Shown: piece after piece, positions 25,500-37,127 of the stretch | How the letters are laid out: each line of letters begins with the position of its first letter | Numbering within the stretch: the first letter of the stretch is position 1 | From: Trichosphaerium sp. ATCC 40318 | Lineage: Eukaryota; Protista; Tubulinea | Length of the DNA: 37,127 nt | Assembly: GCA_038496445.1 (NCBI GenBank) | Contig: JALMLS010000177.1 | Location: 1-37,127, forward strand | Direction of reading: 5' to 3' | The notes under the pieces: model-generated | Seen by the model: only the letters and a program-made list of their open reading frames with translations | Database searches by the model: none | Told to the model about the DNA's origin: nothing | Program-made: the position numbers and the translations under genes

Positions 25500-27174
25500 A
25501 TGGCGTGCACCTATTCATGTCCAGAATTGCCCATAGAGGTATGGGAAATGTATATATTACCATTTGGGATTACCAGACTCTCAGACGCTTTTAATCTTAT
25601 GAACGTTTGTAAATCATTCCATCGATACTCCAAATCGCGTTTATTCTGGCTTGAGTTTCTCGATAAACGATATTTGATGCTTTTGGACATTGTCAAGCTT
25701 TGTTACAAAAAAAACACACCAGGCCTTCTAAAAGTCATCAAAAACACGTATATTACGTGGCCTGAGAATATATACGCTTCTGGAGGCATCAAAGCCGTTG
25801 TTTTATCGAAAATATTTGTAGTGGAACAAATCACTGATATCAATGCTGAATTACAGTGGCATATAAGCAGTAAATGTGCTGTTTGCTCTAAAATGGAAGA
25901 TATGGACAGTTTTTATCACTGCGAACAGTGCGATAATGTTAGCGTCTGTATTGATTGTGGAAAGCGTACAATAACATCAGAAGTAGATAAACTGAGTATT
26001 GATTGGAAGGCAGGACCCATTGGGGATCCTAAAAAGTCTGCTGAAGAAAAGTCTTGTCACGGTGATCATTGTTTTACGTTCATTGAAAACATCAGTTGTA
26101 TGGCTTGCTTTACATCGGGTTGACGGTTATATGGAGTGTAAGACTTGTTCTAGAACATGTGGAACAAGCAAGTACTTGTGCCTTCTATGTCATAAGAGAG
26201 GAGTATCCTACGAACATAAGGCATTCGAAGACGAGGATTGGGATGGATTCTGGCATAGGCCAAGTCACGTGATGGAATTTACAATGCATCATAATAGAGT
26301 ATGTGATGTTTGCCTAAAGTCTCCTAGACGTTGGTGGCATTGTACAGAGTGTGATGAAGAAATTTGTGTTGACTGTTTTAATGATAATAAAAAGGTTGAA
26401 AAACGTGTTGGAGAGGTTGTTTGTGATCATAAGTATTTTCTTTGTAAAGGATCGATGAAGGAAGTTAAAAACTCAGAAAATCCTACACCATTTAAAGAAA
26501 GTTTGGAATCAGCAAACTTCCCTTTAAATATACTGTCAATGTACAGTGATGACTTTAATGGGTATGGAAGTTACTTTACGTTATTCAATAGCTGCCCAGG
26601 AGTTATGGAAGGATGGATAACAAGAGGTGGTATCGAGTATGGGATAAAATACCAAGGGCAACCAAAAACAAATTTTTGGAGATTTTTGGGTAGATTTGAA
26701 AGTAGTCAACAAGGGTTCCCTGATGACGATGATGGTGATATACTATACACTCGTACCGGTATTAAATATAAAGGCGGCATATTATCACATTCATTTAAGG
26801 GTAAGGGATTGATCACGTTTGTAGATGGGTCATTCTTTGATGGAGTTATTTCGAAGACTTCTTATTTTAATTTCACAGGTGAAGGAACTTTCACTTCAAA
26901 AGGTGGGGTATCATCTCATTGTTCACTATCTACAAGTGATGCATCAACATTCACTTTTTTCCATATTGTTGTAGGATATAAAAAGAAGCTTGCTGTTATG
27001 AGGGTAAAGTACAGGTATCCCATTGAACTAGATGTTGAGAAGGATTGGTATAAAGAGAACAAGCATTTGAAGTCTGGTAGTAGTACAAGTGACAGTACTA
27101 GTAGTGATAGCGATAGCGATAGTACAAGTAATACTGAAGACATTGGGGAAATTGATGATCTTTTTGACGTGTAG
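25500..27174 (+). CDS. F-box/ZZ/MORN-like protein with frameshift, copy 2
   Basis: Duplicate of 7282-8956, same frameshift. Confidence 0.72.
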
Positions 27175-27568
27175 TAAACGATAGAACATTAAAACAAGTT
27201 TAGAGTAAAGTAATGTATAGTAACTGTTTTTGTGTTTGCTTAAGGCCTTTAAATACGACGCACACAGTATGTTTTTTCCAAAGACTTGTGGCTTCATTGT
27301 ACGTAATAAATTAATGGTAATAAGGTAAGAATCCTCTCGATTTAAGATCTGGGGTCGTACAAAGAAGCACAGGATGAGTCTCTCAAACAACTGTTCTACT
27401 TTTTTGTATTTCGTAATCTAAGCTCGTTAGTAACTCTCCGTTTTTAGAACACCAAATTGTGGTTTGCTCTGTTGTCAACATGGCTTGAAGTTTCTGTGAA
27501 GGAAATAAAAATCTGAATTATATTTAATCGTTTTGACTTGAAAGACACGGCTAATACAGTTCCTTTTG

Positions 27569-28579
27569 ATGTGGCAAGTAGTAGCTATAGTACTTATAAT
27601 TACAGTTGGCTGTGATGCGTTTGTTTTAATTGACACCAATAATACAAAACGTACTATTTTTACTGTTTTAGTATCTTATATATTTCTTGCGCTCATGCCT
27701 ACGTTTTTAGACTTTTTTGACACTCCTGATATCACGTGGCTCTCAAAAAATATTTGGAAACAACATGAATCAATATCAGGTATAAATATAATGTAATATC
27801 ACATGATGGTGGTTTAAAACATACGTACCGTTAAAAAACGCCACAAAAAAGGGAACTTGTGTTATTATTTTATTGTGTGGTGTTGCCTAACAGCACGCCT
27901 AGATTGTATCCTTTCACGTGACAGAAATTATTAAATATTTTAGCCCATTTAAGTTCAAGGACGCTAACTCTTTCTGTTGCAGGAACTCTTGTTGGTTATA
28001 CACATCCTAATGTTTCTGGAAAGATCGTGTTGTTGCCTGTTGAGAGAGCAAATTGGGACAATGGGGCCATAGTTTTTTCCGAATTTTCCGAAAACAAAAA
28101 TTCGAAAAAATAAAATTCATAGAAAGATGCATAGCTAGGGCAGTCCACTAAACTAGAAAGCGCCTGGTTCACTTACAGTCGGGTCCTCGCTGTGCTTGGA
28201 ACTAGAACCCAACCTTTGCTCACATATAGTGATCCATTGGTGGGTATAGGCATTCGGTTTTTGTATCGAATTCTATTTTTTCGAATTTTTTCTTTCGAAA
28301 AATTTGGAAAAAATGTGGGTCCGGGGACAATAGTGTTATAGAAATTGCAGAAAGTGGTGCCATTGCTATCATATTCTTTTTACTGGATGGCATTACAGGT
28401 AGGTAGAGTGAAAGAACAGAACATTTTACAAGTACTGCAAAAAAGTGAAAACAAGCATAACAATTCTTTGGACATATTTGGTTGTCAGTTCTGGTTAGTG
28501 TACCAATCTGATACGTGAGGTGCTGTTAGTCTAATCAGCTATTCTTTCAAATGTTACTGTTGCTATATTCTTTGTGCAT
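27569..28579 (+). pseudogene. MITE-disrupted PA-domain gene, copy 2
   Basis: Duplicate of 9351-10360. Confidence 0.6.
28063..28323. mobile_element. MITE, copy 2
   Basis: Duplicate of 9844-10104 with the same TSD. Confidence 0.85.
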
Positions 28580-29095
28580 GTACAGAAAAGATTTGATTTT
28601 GTCTCGTGCTTGTTGTTTGTTTTTGCGCCAAGGTTGCCTTCTCATTTGTAACATAGTTGAGATCGCTTTTGAGACAGTTTCAAAAAATTATACATTTTTG
28701 ATTTTTGCTATTGTGGAATTTCGACGTTTTACTCACCTCAGAACCATTGCAAACTTTATTTCTGAAAATTATGCTATATTTATAGGTCTAAAAACCAGTT
28801 TGCGATTTGTTTATGCTGTACTGAGGAAAAGTACCGACAGCAATGCAATTTTTTTAAAAATTCTTGCCAAAATCTTGTAATTTCGTGATAATCTCTGAGA
28901 GACTTGAAAAGATTTGAATTTGTACAATCTGCTTTTTTAAGGCTTTAAGTGATATGGCAACACGTATAGTAAGTGTATAGTGATTGTTGTATGTTAAAAA
29001 ATATAAATAACTCATTTCAATAGATTAACGGAACATACGCAAACTCGTCACTGTACTACCCTCAAAGTTCTGTGAGTGGTAAAAATTACATAGAA

Positions 29096-32000
29096 ATGAG
29101 TAAAATAGGTATAAACTGTGCTAAACTTACAACTAAGAAGAGGGTTAGATACTGTTCAGTATATCATTCAACGTGAAGAGTTGTGCATCGTCCATTTCAA
29201 TCATGGCCAAGGTTACATCTTCCATACAGTGTGATATCACGCTAACAATATTAGCCGCTACGACCATAGCAAAGCAATTGCCACATACAACGGTTTTCAA
29301 ATCGACTGTATGTGTTAATTTGGACACTCAAGTATCAGCAGTGTTTAAATTTAAGGTGAAAGAAGTGATGTACAGTACAAAATGTGATTTTCGAATGAGA
29401 GCACAGTAATAGCTTTTACGTTTCTTCTGTATCTCACTTCATTCCTAAAAAACTTACTAAGGGGATACAGTATACATGCACAGTATTGACACTTTAAATG
29501 ATTGAATCTGACATTGCTTAGGTGCTCTTTAAAAGCAGTGAAGTACACAATAAGTTGGCTGGATTGAAACAACTCGCACAGCATTTAGTGTTTGAACTTA
29601 TTAAATTTGGTCATTCTGTAGACACTTTCATTCTTGAGTGCGCATTGTCTTCTAAACAGTATTTTTATGTTCGTTGTAGTTTAAAATACCTTGCTCTTGC
29701 TCATGCAGTTGTTACAACAGCCACAAACAAAGGTGAAGTGATAGTGTCAGGTTTCAAGAAAGATGTATCTCGCTTCAAAGAACAATTGGGTACTGCGTCT
29801 ATAAAAGCACGTGATAAGTAATGATCTGTTTTTTATTCTAAATAACAGTCTTAGATTTATTATTTGTTGAGAGGGAAGAGAATATTATCGCACAGGAATG
29901 AGATTCAAAAAATAAACGACAGATATCCAGGTATTACATTCTCACGTATCCAATTATTGTAATGAGGTATAGGCGTAACAATTGCATTGAAATCAAAGAG
30001 TACAAAAATTGTTCTTGCAGGAATTAAGGTCAGTGTTGCGGCAGCAAAGAAGAGTATTCAGGAATACTTTCAATCAATAATTATCAGAGAAACACTTACG
30101 CCAAACAAACAAGAACTTGAAGCTATTTCGCATTGGTACAGCAATACTTCTAATGGTTCCCAGTTGCAGCAAGTAGACAATGTCATTACAAAGTTCAATG
30201 TACATGTGGCAACTGTGGATACTACCATAGTGATAGAAGGTAATTACGCTTTGTGATAACTTAATGTTAAAATGTACTCAAGGGTTTTCTCGTATGGAAG
30301 TATATTTAGTTAAAGAAATCTTAGCAAGTAGACTAGCAGGCATTATTAAAACTGTAAAGGTACCTAAACACTTTGACAACTTTTAGCTAAGCTGTAAATA
30401 GGTTAAATATACCACTTATGAAGTAAACTTTATAAGAAAGTATCCTATGAGTGCTGATATAGTTAAATATGGCCCTGACTATGTAGTTCTTCAAGGCACC
30501 TCGTCACAAGTACTTGCACAAAAAAAAGTTATTGACCAGTATACGAAAGAGATAATCAAGAGAAGCTTTGATATAACTATACAAAGCGAATGTCATAAAC
30601 AACTCCTTTTAAAGGTACTTTTCAACATAGTGGTTATGTTGCTTAGTTGTTCATAAAAAAGGAGCTTGAGCGTATTGAAGAACAACTTTATGGAAGTGAA
30701 GACCTTATTTTTTCAAAAAAGGTTATAACAGGTACTAAAGAAGATTTGCACAAGCTAACACCTTTCTAGATACATGGCATATTGAAATTATCGGTCAAGC
30801 GGATGTAGTGTGCAACATTATAGGAAGGGATTATTCTTTACGCTGTCATGAAATGGCTCTTATGCCCAATCAATCATTCGAGATGTGGAACGTTCTTAAC
30901 AATAGAACAAAACTAAACAATACTCACTCAGAAATGTCACGTGTCAAACTTAGTTTAAACAAAAAATGTCTAGTTGTAACTGGTTTGGGCAACGCAGTTG
31001 GTACCTCCATATTTCTAGTGTATCTAGTACTAATTATCGCATAGAAGGAGCACTTGTGGTTTTAAAAAAGCTGTTACAAGTTACAACCACTAGTTGTAAC
31101 CTTTCACCAGCTGAAGCCTTTTCAGTTAAGGTTTCCTTATCTAGTCTTGAAAGACTCGCTTTGGTGCAATGTGTACAAGTCAAGTTTTCTCTTGAAACAC
31201 GTGAGCTGTTGTCCAGATTTTTGATGTTAATAGATTTTTTAGCTCCATTTACTATAACTGTCACTGGCCTCTCACGTGCTGTGAAGAAGTATGGCAAATA
31301 CTTTGACAGTACGTTGATCCCGGTGTGCATACAAGAACAGCATTTTGAGTTCTCAACGGACATTGCTGAGGTTCTTTACCGAGATGGAGGTACATCTCTT
31401 TCCTTTAACACAACTAAATTATAGTTAGAGATGAAGACATTGCGGGAACAATACAATTTGATTGCCTTTGATACTCCTATTGATAACAACAAGTTTGAAA
31501 TTTGTTGTGGAAACATATATGATGAAACAACAGAATGCAAGATTATGGCATCAGGTGACTTTGTTTGGATTTGTATGCGTTATAACTGGTTGTATAGGAA
31601 GCAAAGCAGCAGAAAATTTGAAAGACTACCAAGACTTGGGTCTAGAAATGAACAAATTGAATGGGAGTATATCAGTGGTGAAAAGAGTTCTCGGATATGA
31701 TGTGTGTTGCTTAATAATTCACCAGGTTAAAAAGATAAGGTCATGGAAGTTGCAATTCCTTCATGTAAAGACAAACAGAGCAAAACGCTATTTGAGTCAA
31801 CAATCAAAAGCCTTCTGAGGTACTTACTGCTAAAAGATACTTTCCATTAAACAATTGTATTTACAGTTCCACTTATGTTTGTGGATATAAGTCCTTCTCT
31901 ATACTTGCCCTTGGTGGAGGAAAAGCTGGATTCCCCCTTGAATTTTGCTGTGATACTATTGTCCGTCTTTGTACTTTATGTTTGCTTGACAACAAGTTTG

Positions 32001-33252
32001 ATATCGTACACTTGGTAGATACAAACAAAAAAGCAGTTGCAGAGTTTGAAAAGGCTGTTATGAAGTACTCACTATTGCACCAGCCCACACAGTGGATGTG
32101 GTGTGATGACAGTGGTACATATATCAAATACGATGAACCACAAAACAAAATTATACAGGAAAAACACTTACTGAGGTGCGAGTTATTTCGTTTTGTACCT
32201 AATGCTCTTAAGGCTTAAAACGGGTACTAATGAGATTAATTTTGTTAATGTCAATGGCTACATGGATGGTATCAGGAATGAGTATACATATGAAGTTGAT
32301 TTCGATAAAATGACACAACGTAACACAACTACAAACAAAGAGCGCGCTATCACGTGCACTGTTCGAGAGTCAAAACCTGATTTGGTCAAGTTAACTATTG
32401 TTGGAACAGATACGAATGTTATTGGAGCAAAGAAGTGTATCACTGAGCTACTCAAAAAGTACAAACGTACGAGAGCATACTCTGAAATACTATATAACAT
32501 TTTTTAGCTTCTATTTTCCCAGCTCATTGGACTACAAAAAATACACAATTACTCGTTACTTTGCAAAGGTACATATGAGGTTTTGTTTAGCCTGGAAGTT
32601 TATACGTTTAGTTACTCGTATGAATACCAACATCTTGTGAAAATGATGCCTGGTTGCAGTGTTTCAAGTATTCAAAGGATACAAAACAAGTATCTTTGGA
32701 AAAGGTTCAAAAAAAAGTGTGATTTGGTGTCTGGGAGAAATGGAGGAGATGCGAATGTCAAACGACTATTCCATGGTACAAGAAAAAATAGTCCAAACAA
32801 AATCTATGACGGAAACGTCGGGTTCGATGTAAGGTACGGCTTTTTACAATAGTTTTTATCACGTGACCATTCACTGATATTGTTCCTCACATGAAATATA
32901 GGTTGGCAAAAAATGGACTTCTTGGTAAAGGTATCTACTTTGCAGAAAAATCAGAGTACTCACTTGGTACGCAACGTTTCGTCAAATGTTTCATTGTCAC
33001 TTAAACATTTTGCTAAGACTATGTTGGAAGCTCTTCTCAAATGTTCATTGTGGATGGTACTAAAACTACACGTGTAGTACTTGTGATTAATCACTTCTAG
33101 TTGGTACCTCAAGCACTGAGCCATCCGATTTTACTTACCCAGTATGTACTGAATATGATTCTTGTACAAAAGTATCTAGCAAAGGAAGAATCTATGCTGT
33201 GTTTGAGAACAGCAGAGCGTATCCACACTACCTTGTGACTCTCAACATGTAA
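29096..33252 (+). CDS. PARP14-like mono-ADP-ribosyltransferase, diverged paralog B, multi-exon
   Basis: Putative ATG 29096, 40-nt intron 29109-29148; exon structure collinear with paralog A; macro (ICCGNIYDETTECKI; SILALGGGKAGF), WWE (QWMWCDDSGTYIKYDE..YEVDFDKMTQRNTTTNKERAI), ART (KRLFHGT; GKGIYFAEKSEYS; GRIYAVFENSRAYPHYLV); TAA 33250-33252. Confidence 0.88.
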
Positions 33253-33446
33253 GCAAAGAAGCACAGATACTGCTTTACGAACCACTATAAAAACATACTT
33301 GCTCTTTCTTTACATCATTCCGTCAATATTGACTAGTACAGTCTGTTTACCTGTATTGTATGCTCTTGATTTCAGTGTATTTGTTACCGCACAGTACAAC
33401 ACATGCGAGCCACGAGTGATCTAACAACGCTGAAAAAGGTATAAAA

Positions 33447-33991
33447 ATGTCAACACAATTAAACGTTGCTGCTAAAAATACTTTGAAAATGGCTACCCTA
33501 ATAAAAACACCAGAAGTAACGGAAGAATCTTGGACTGCATACGAAAGCGTAGTGCGTAACCGTAAATCTAAGCAACTAGCTGCCGTTTTTGGTTTAAACG
33601 AAGACGAAACAGAAATAAAACTCATCGGAACTGTATCATACAACGACCCTTCTCCTTGGAAGAAGTTTATAGCTCTTTTTGACGACCAACAACTTCGTTG
33701 GAGTGTTTTGAACATTAGCTACAAAACAGAGGGCGGAGGCATTAGAGATAAGTTCGCTGTACTCAGATGGGTGCCAGATACGCTAAGTAGAGAAAGTCAC
33801 AAAGAAACAATACGCGTAAAGTCAAGTGGAGTAATGTTCGGCAAAAAAATACAAGGACGTGCAACTATGATGCTGCCATCAAACTTCAAGCAAATGACAA
33901 GGGTGATCTTGAACTTGACTACATCATGGAGACTATTACAAAGCGTGAAAGAGATCCTATTGATCTTGAGAGTATTAAATGCCTGAGATAA
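33447..33991 (+). CDS. ADF/cofilin-like (ADF-H domain) protein, apparent 1-nt frameshift near 33843-33860
   Basis: PWKKFIALFDDQQLRWSVLNISYKTEGGGIRDKFAVLRWVPD is ADF-H-like; the typical C-terminus KLQANDKGDLELDYIMETI is in a shifted frame ending TAA 33989-33991. Confidence 0.72.
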
Positions 33992-34444
33992 ACAAGTACA
34001 AGAAAGTTTAATAGAATAACCAAAATAAATCGTTCCGATTGAAATTTCGTTTATTTTGTATTTGTCATTGAGAGGTCCACGTGTAGTCCAAGTCCATAAG
34101 TAATTATCCTTTGAGTTTTGTGCATATTCTGTAACTCCTTGGTGTTACACCTACGATACTCTCGATTGATCAAATCGTTAAAACTCAGTGTGTTGGCCAC
34201 TAACTTGCTTTTTCGTTAGTCGATCAAATACAAGTATGAACCGCTTATTGATACGCCTAGTTTATCTCTATGCGTTTAAACAATATACGGGAACAACCCA
34301 TTTCATGTACAGCATTTTTAACCCGAAACTCAACACGTGTTTGTCTTTAATTGTTACGAGTGTGCCATTTTATAAACTTTAGTACGCTTACTGCAACCTT
34401 GCTCTTGTATTCATACACTTCTTATTCCACAACACTACATGTAT

Positions 34445-34454
34445 GTTCCAGAAC
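34445..34454. promoter_or_regulatory. Putative heat-shock element (nTTCnnGAAn)
   Basis: gTTCcaGAAc ~150 bp upstream of the sHSP ATG; third unit imperfect. Confidence 0.4.
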
Positions 34455-34604
34455 TATCTTGGTAACCTAAAAAGCGGGAAGAGTAAGAAGGGATGAGAAA
34501 CATCAAAAAAAAGTGAGATTTCTCCGAAATTTTATTCACTGTGATTCTTTCTTAGCAAATCTTAACCGACTTTTCCTCCCATTTAAATCAAACAACCACC
34601 AACA

Positions 34605-35229
34605 ATGGCACAACAGCGCGAACTAACTCACAGACGTCCAAACGAACTTGGATACTGGATGGATGACTTTTTTAACTTCCCTCTCAACGTATTCGATCCG
34701 TACCCAAGACATAGGCGTCATTGGCCAAGTCTAATGAAAGACGTACGCCAAACATCATCTTGGGATTAATCTTTAACAAAAAACCGTTTACAAGTCGTCT
34801 CGCTAAGAGTTGGTTTAGATGGATACTAGAAGACCTGCCATGGATATCGTTAAAACTGACGACGGTTACAGAATGTCAGTTGAAAGTACGTTTGCTTGAG
34901 AATTCTTTTTTTAAAAAACTCAGTGAAGTGTTTCGCAGCTAATGTTGTTACCTCTAGTGCCTGGATTACAGAAGGAGGATATCTCGTTATCTTTGGATCC
35001 TGATAACATGCTCACGATCAAGGGAGAAACCTCCTCTAAAACTGAGGAAAAGTCTGACAGCGGTGAAGTCATCAGAAGCGAAAGATACTCTGGAAAATTT
35101 GTCAGATCAGCACGCTTACCACCAATGTCCGACACCTCCAAAATCTCTGCAAAATGCGAGCACGGTATCTTGACGGTTGATATTCCTACCAAGAAGGAAG
35201 CCAAGACCACCGACATTAAGATTGAATAA
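34605..35229 (+). CDS. Small heat shock protein (HSP20/alpha-crystallin domain), two introns
   Basis: MAQQRELT..DDFFNFP; PAMDIVKTDDGYRMSVE; PGLQKEDISL..LTIKGE..ERYSGKFVRSARLP..ISAKCEHGILTVDIP. Confidence 0.93.
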
Positions 35230-35459
35230 ACCAAACGTGTCTTCATCCTCAAATAAATAGCTAGATTAAAAACAAAAAAAACATTCAACACGTGCGACTA
35301 TTTCTAAATAATTCTACACAAGCACAGTTCTGTACCCTCATATCATTGTTTTTTGTTGAAAGAGCTTATGCCTCTTATCGCTAATAACTTGTTTTGTGGT
35401 ATTAATTTTTTTTCTTTTATTTTTCTACTTTTTGATTGAGTGGTACCTCAATCGTTTTT

Positions 35460-37127
35460 TTAGGACTCTGAATCCTCGTCGCTCCAAGAGTCTGATTCTA
35501 GTTCTTGATCTAAAAATGAACTAAAATCTTGAAGTAATGCTTCATTACTAGCAGGAGGTAATTCTTGTTCTTTGTCATCATTAAGACGATTATCTTCATC
35601 AGAAGAGTAGCTCATATTTAATACATCATCAAAGTCTTCCATAAGACTATCACCCTTCTTATCATCTTTGACTTTTGATTTCTTTTCAGATTTTAGACTC
35701 ATACTAAGCTCTTGTAGAGCAGAGTCAACATCATCTGATCCAATCGTATTAATACTTAACCGACGAGATGATCTTCGGCTTGATATTTCAGACTCAACAT
35801 CTAACAGAGCACTAAAAAAACCTTAGAAGAAAGCACATGTCACGTTTTGATGTCTTTTTTTTAGTGATTCGTACGCTATAGAACCTTGTGTTGATAATCT
35901 CTCTAAATGCTTTCTTGGTTTTGCTGTAATAGACAGAAGTCTTCGTTCCTTTGAATCAGCAGAACTAGGACTTCCATAAGATATCTCATCGCTTGATTCT
36001 AAGTCTGTAATAGTGCTGTTTAAAAATGCTGTAAGATCATCTGTAGGGCTATTAGATTATGTTAGCACGTATTAAGAGCTTTAATATATTTTCATATAAC
36101 GTACGTGCTTCCCATGACATATCCATTGGATGTTGTTGATGTATTACGTGAACGTGGCTCAGATCCAACTGAAAAATCAGTTTGGAATGAGTATGTTGTA
36201 TTATAAGAACTTTGACGTTCTGTTGTGTACGAATCCTCACGGTCCACACCAGACGGTGAATGCTCAGAGTATAGTGAATTCTTAGATTCACTTCTAACTA
36301 ATTCTTCAAGTTGTAATCGCCGAGATCTAATGTAACCACGTTAGTGTAAAAAGAAAACAAAAAAAAGTTGGTAGCACCAAGTTACCTTATTTGTTGCTCC
36401 ATTTCCATTAATTTATGAATCTCTGCCTCTCTTTGATGCTGTTTAAAAGTAGCAGCAGACCAAGTTTGTGACATGAAATCATTCTTTGCTTTTCTCTCAC
36501 TCTTACTACCAAGTTTAACGTTGAAAGCAGAATCTGATCCTTTCATTCCACCTGTAATATTCTTAACTCTAGTATGTGCCAGCGTCCTTCATGTTGTTAG
36601 TAAAGTACACGTATATTAGTTAAAGACTGTTAAACACAAACATTGGCAGCTAGAGTAGTTATGTAGATAAGTGCACTTACCCTCCACGTCTTCTGCTCAA
36701 AGGAGCTGTTGAAATCTTCATCTTTTCAGTGTTTTGTTGTGTTTCTACTTCACCAGCCATCTCTGCTTCTTCTCTTTTCTTCAATTCCTTCCATAATTGT
36801 TCTACAGTTTGTAGTTCTTGCTTAGCTGATTTTGGACGTGATTTACCTTTACAGGAGTAAGCAAAAAAGAAATACTAAACGCAGAAAACAAAACGAAAAA
36901 TGTAACCTTTGATAGATCCACTTGGAGAAGGAATAAGGTTATCCCATTCCTTTTGAACTCCTGCTAACATCTTCAAACGGTTACGTCTTCTATCTTTTTC
37001 TTCGACTAATAACAGATAGGTTAGATAAACAACTACTACTGAGTGATCACCTTGGGCTTCCAAACTACGCTTTTCAATGGAGCTGTGAGTCCTTTCCAGT
37101 TTCTTAATTTCTTCTGTTTCTAAACGC
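35460..37127 (-). CDS. Hypothetical coiled-coil/low-complexity protein, 5'-partial, multi-exon, acidic C-terminus
   Basis: Minus-strand exons such as LLVEEKDRRRNRLKMLAGVQKEWD, KQELQTVEQLWKELKEKREAE, QREAEIHKLMEMEQQ; ends ..ESDSWSDEDSES* at 35460. Confidence 0.7.

Larger units (their letters stand above)
18220..29100 (+). repeat. Segmental direct duplication, copy 2
   Basis: Identity to 1-10881 ends at ...catagaaatgag (29100). Confidence 0.97.

Overview
AT-rich eukaryotic (protist-like) genomic DNA with many short (~35-65 nt) GT-AG introns, so the ORF track shows only exon fragments. Bases 1-10881 are repeated almost perfectly at 18220-29100 (period ~18.2 kb). At the duplication junction is a 1.27-kb inverted repeat (10877-12147 / 12621-13893) joined through a 5-bp ATGAG microhomology that is also the putative start codon of the downstream PARP gene. 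Gene content: three PARP14-like genes (KH-like repeats, macrodomain, WWE, H-Y-I ART domain; two near-identical copies and one diverged paralog), a DNRLRE-domain type I membrane protein, a probable beta-helix secreted protein, an F-box/ZZ/MORN-like gene with a frameshift, a MITE-disrupted PA-domain gene, an F-box-like/MORN-variant repeat gene, a non-autonomous hAT element, an ADF/cofilin-like gene, a small heat-shock protein and a partial coiled-coil protein gene. All domain calls are from motif recognition by eye; exon boundaries and some start sites are approximate.
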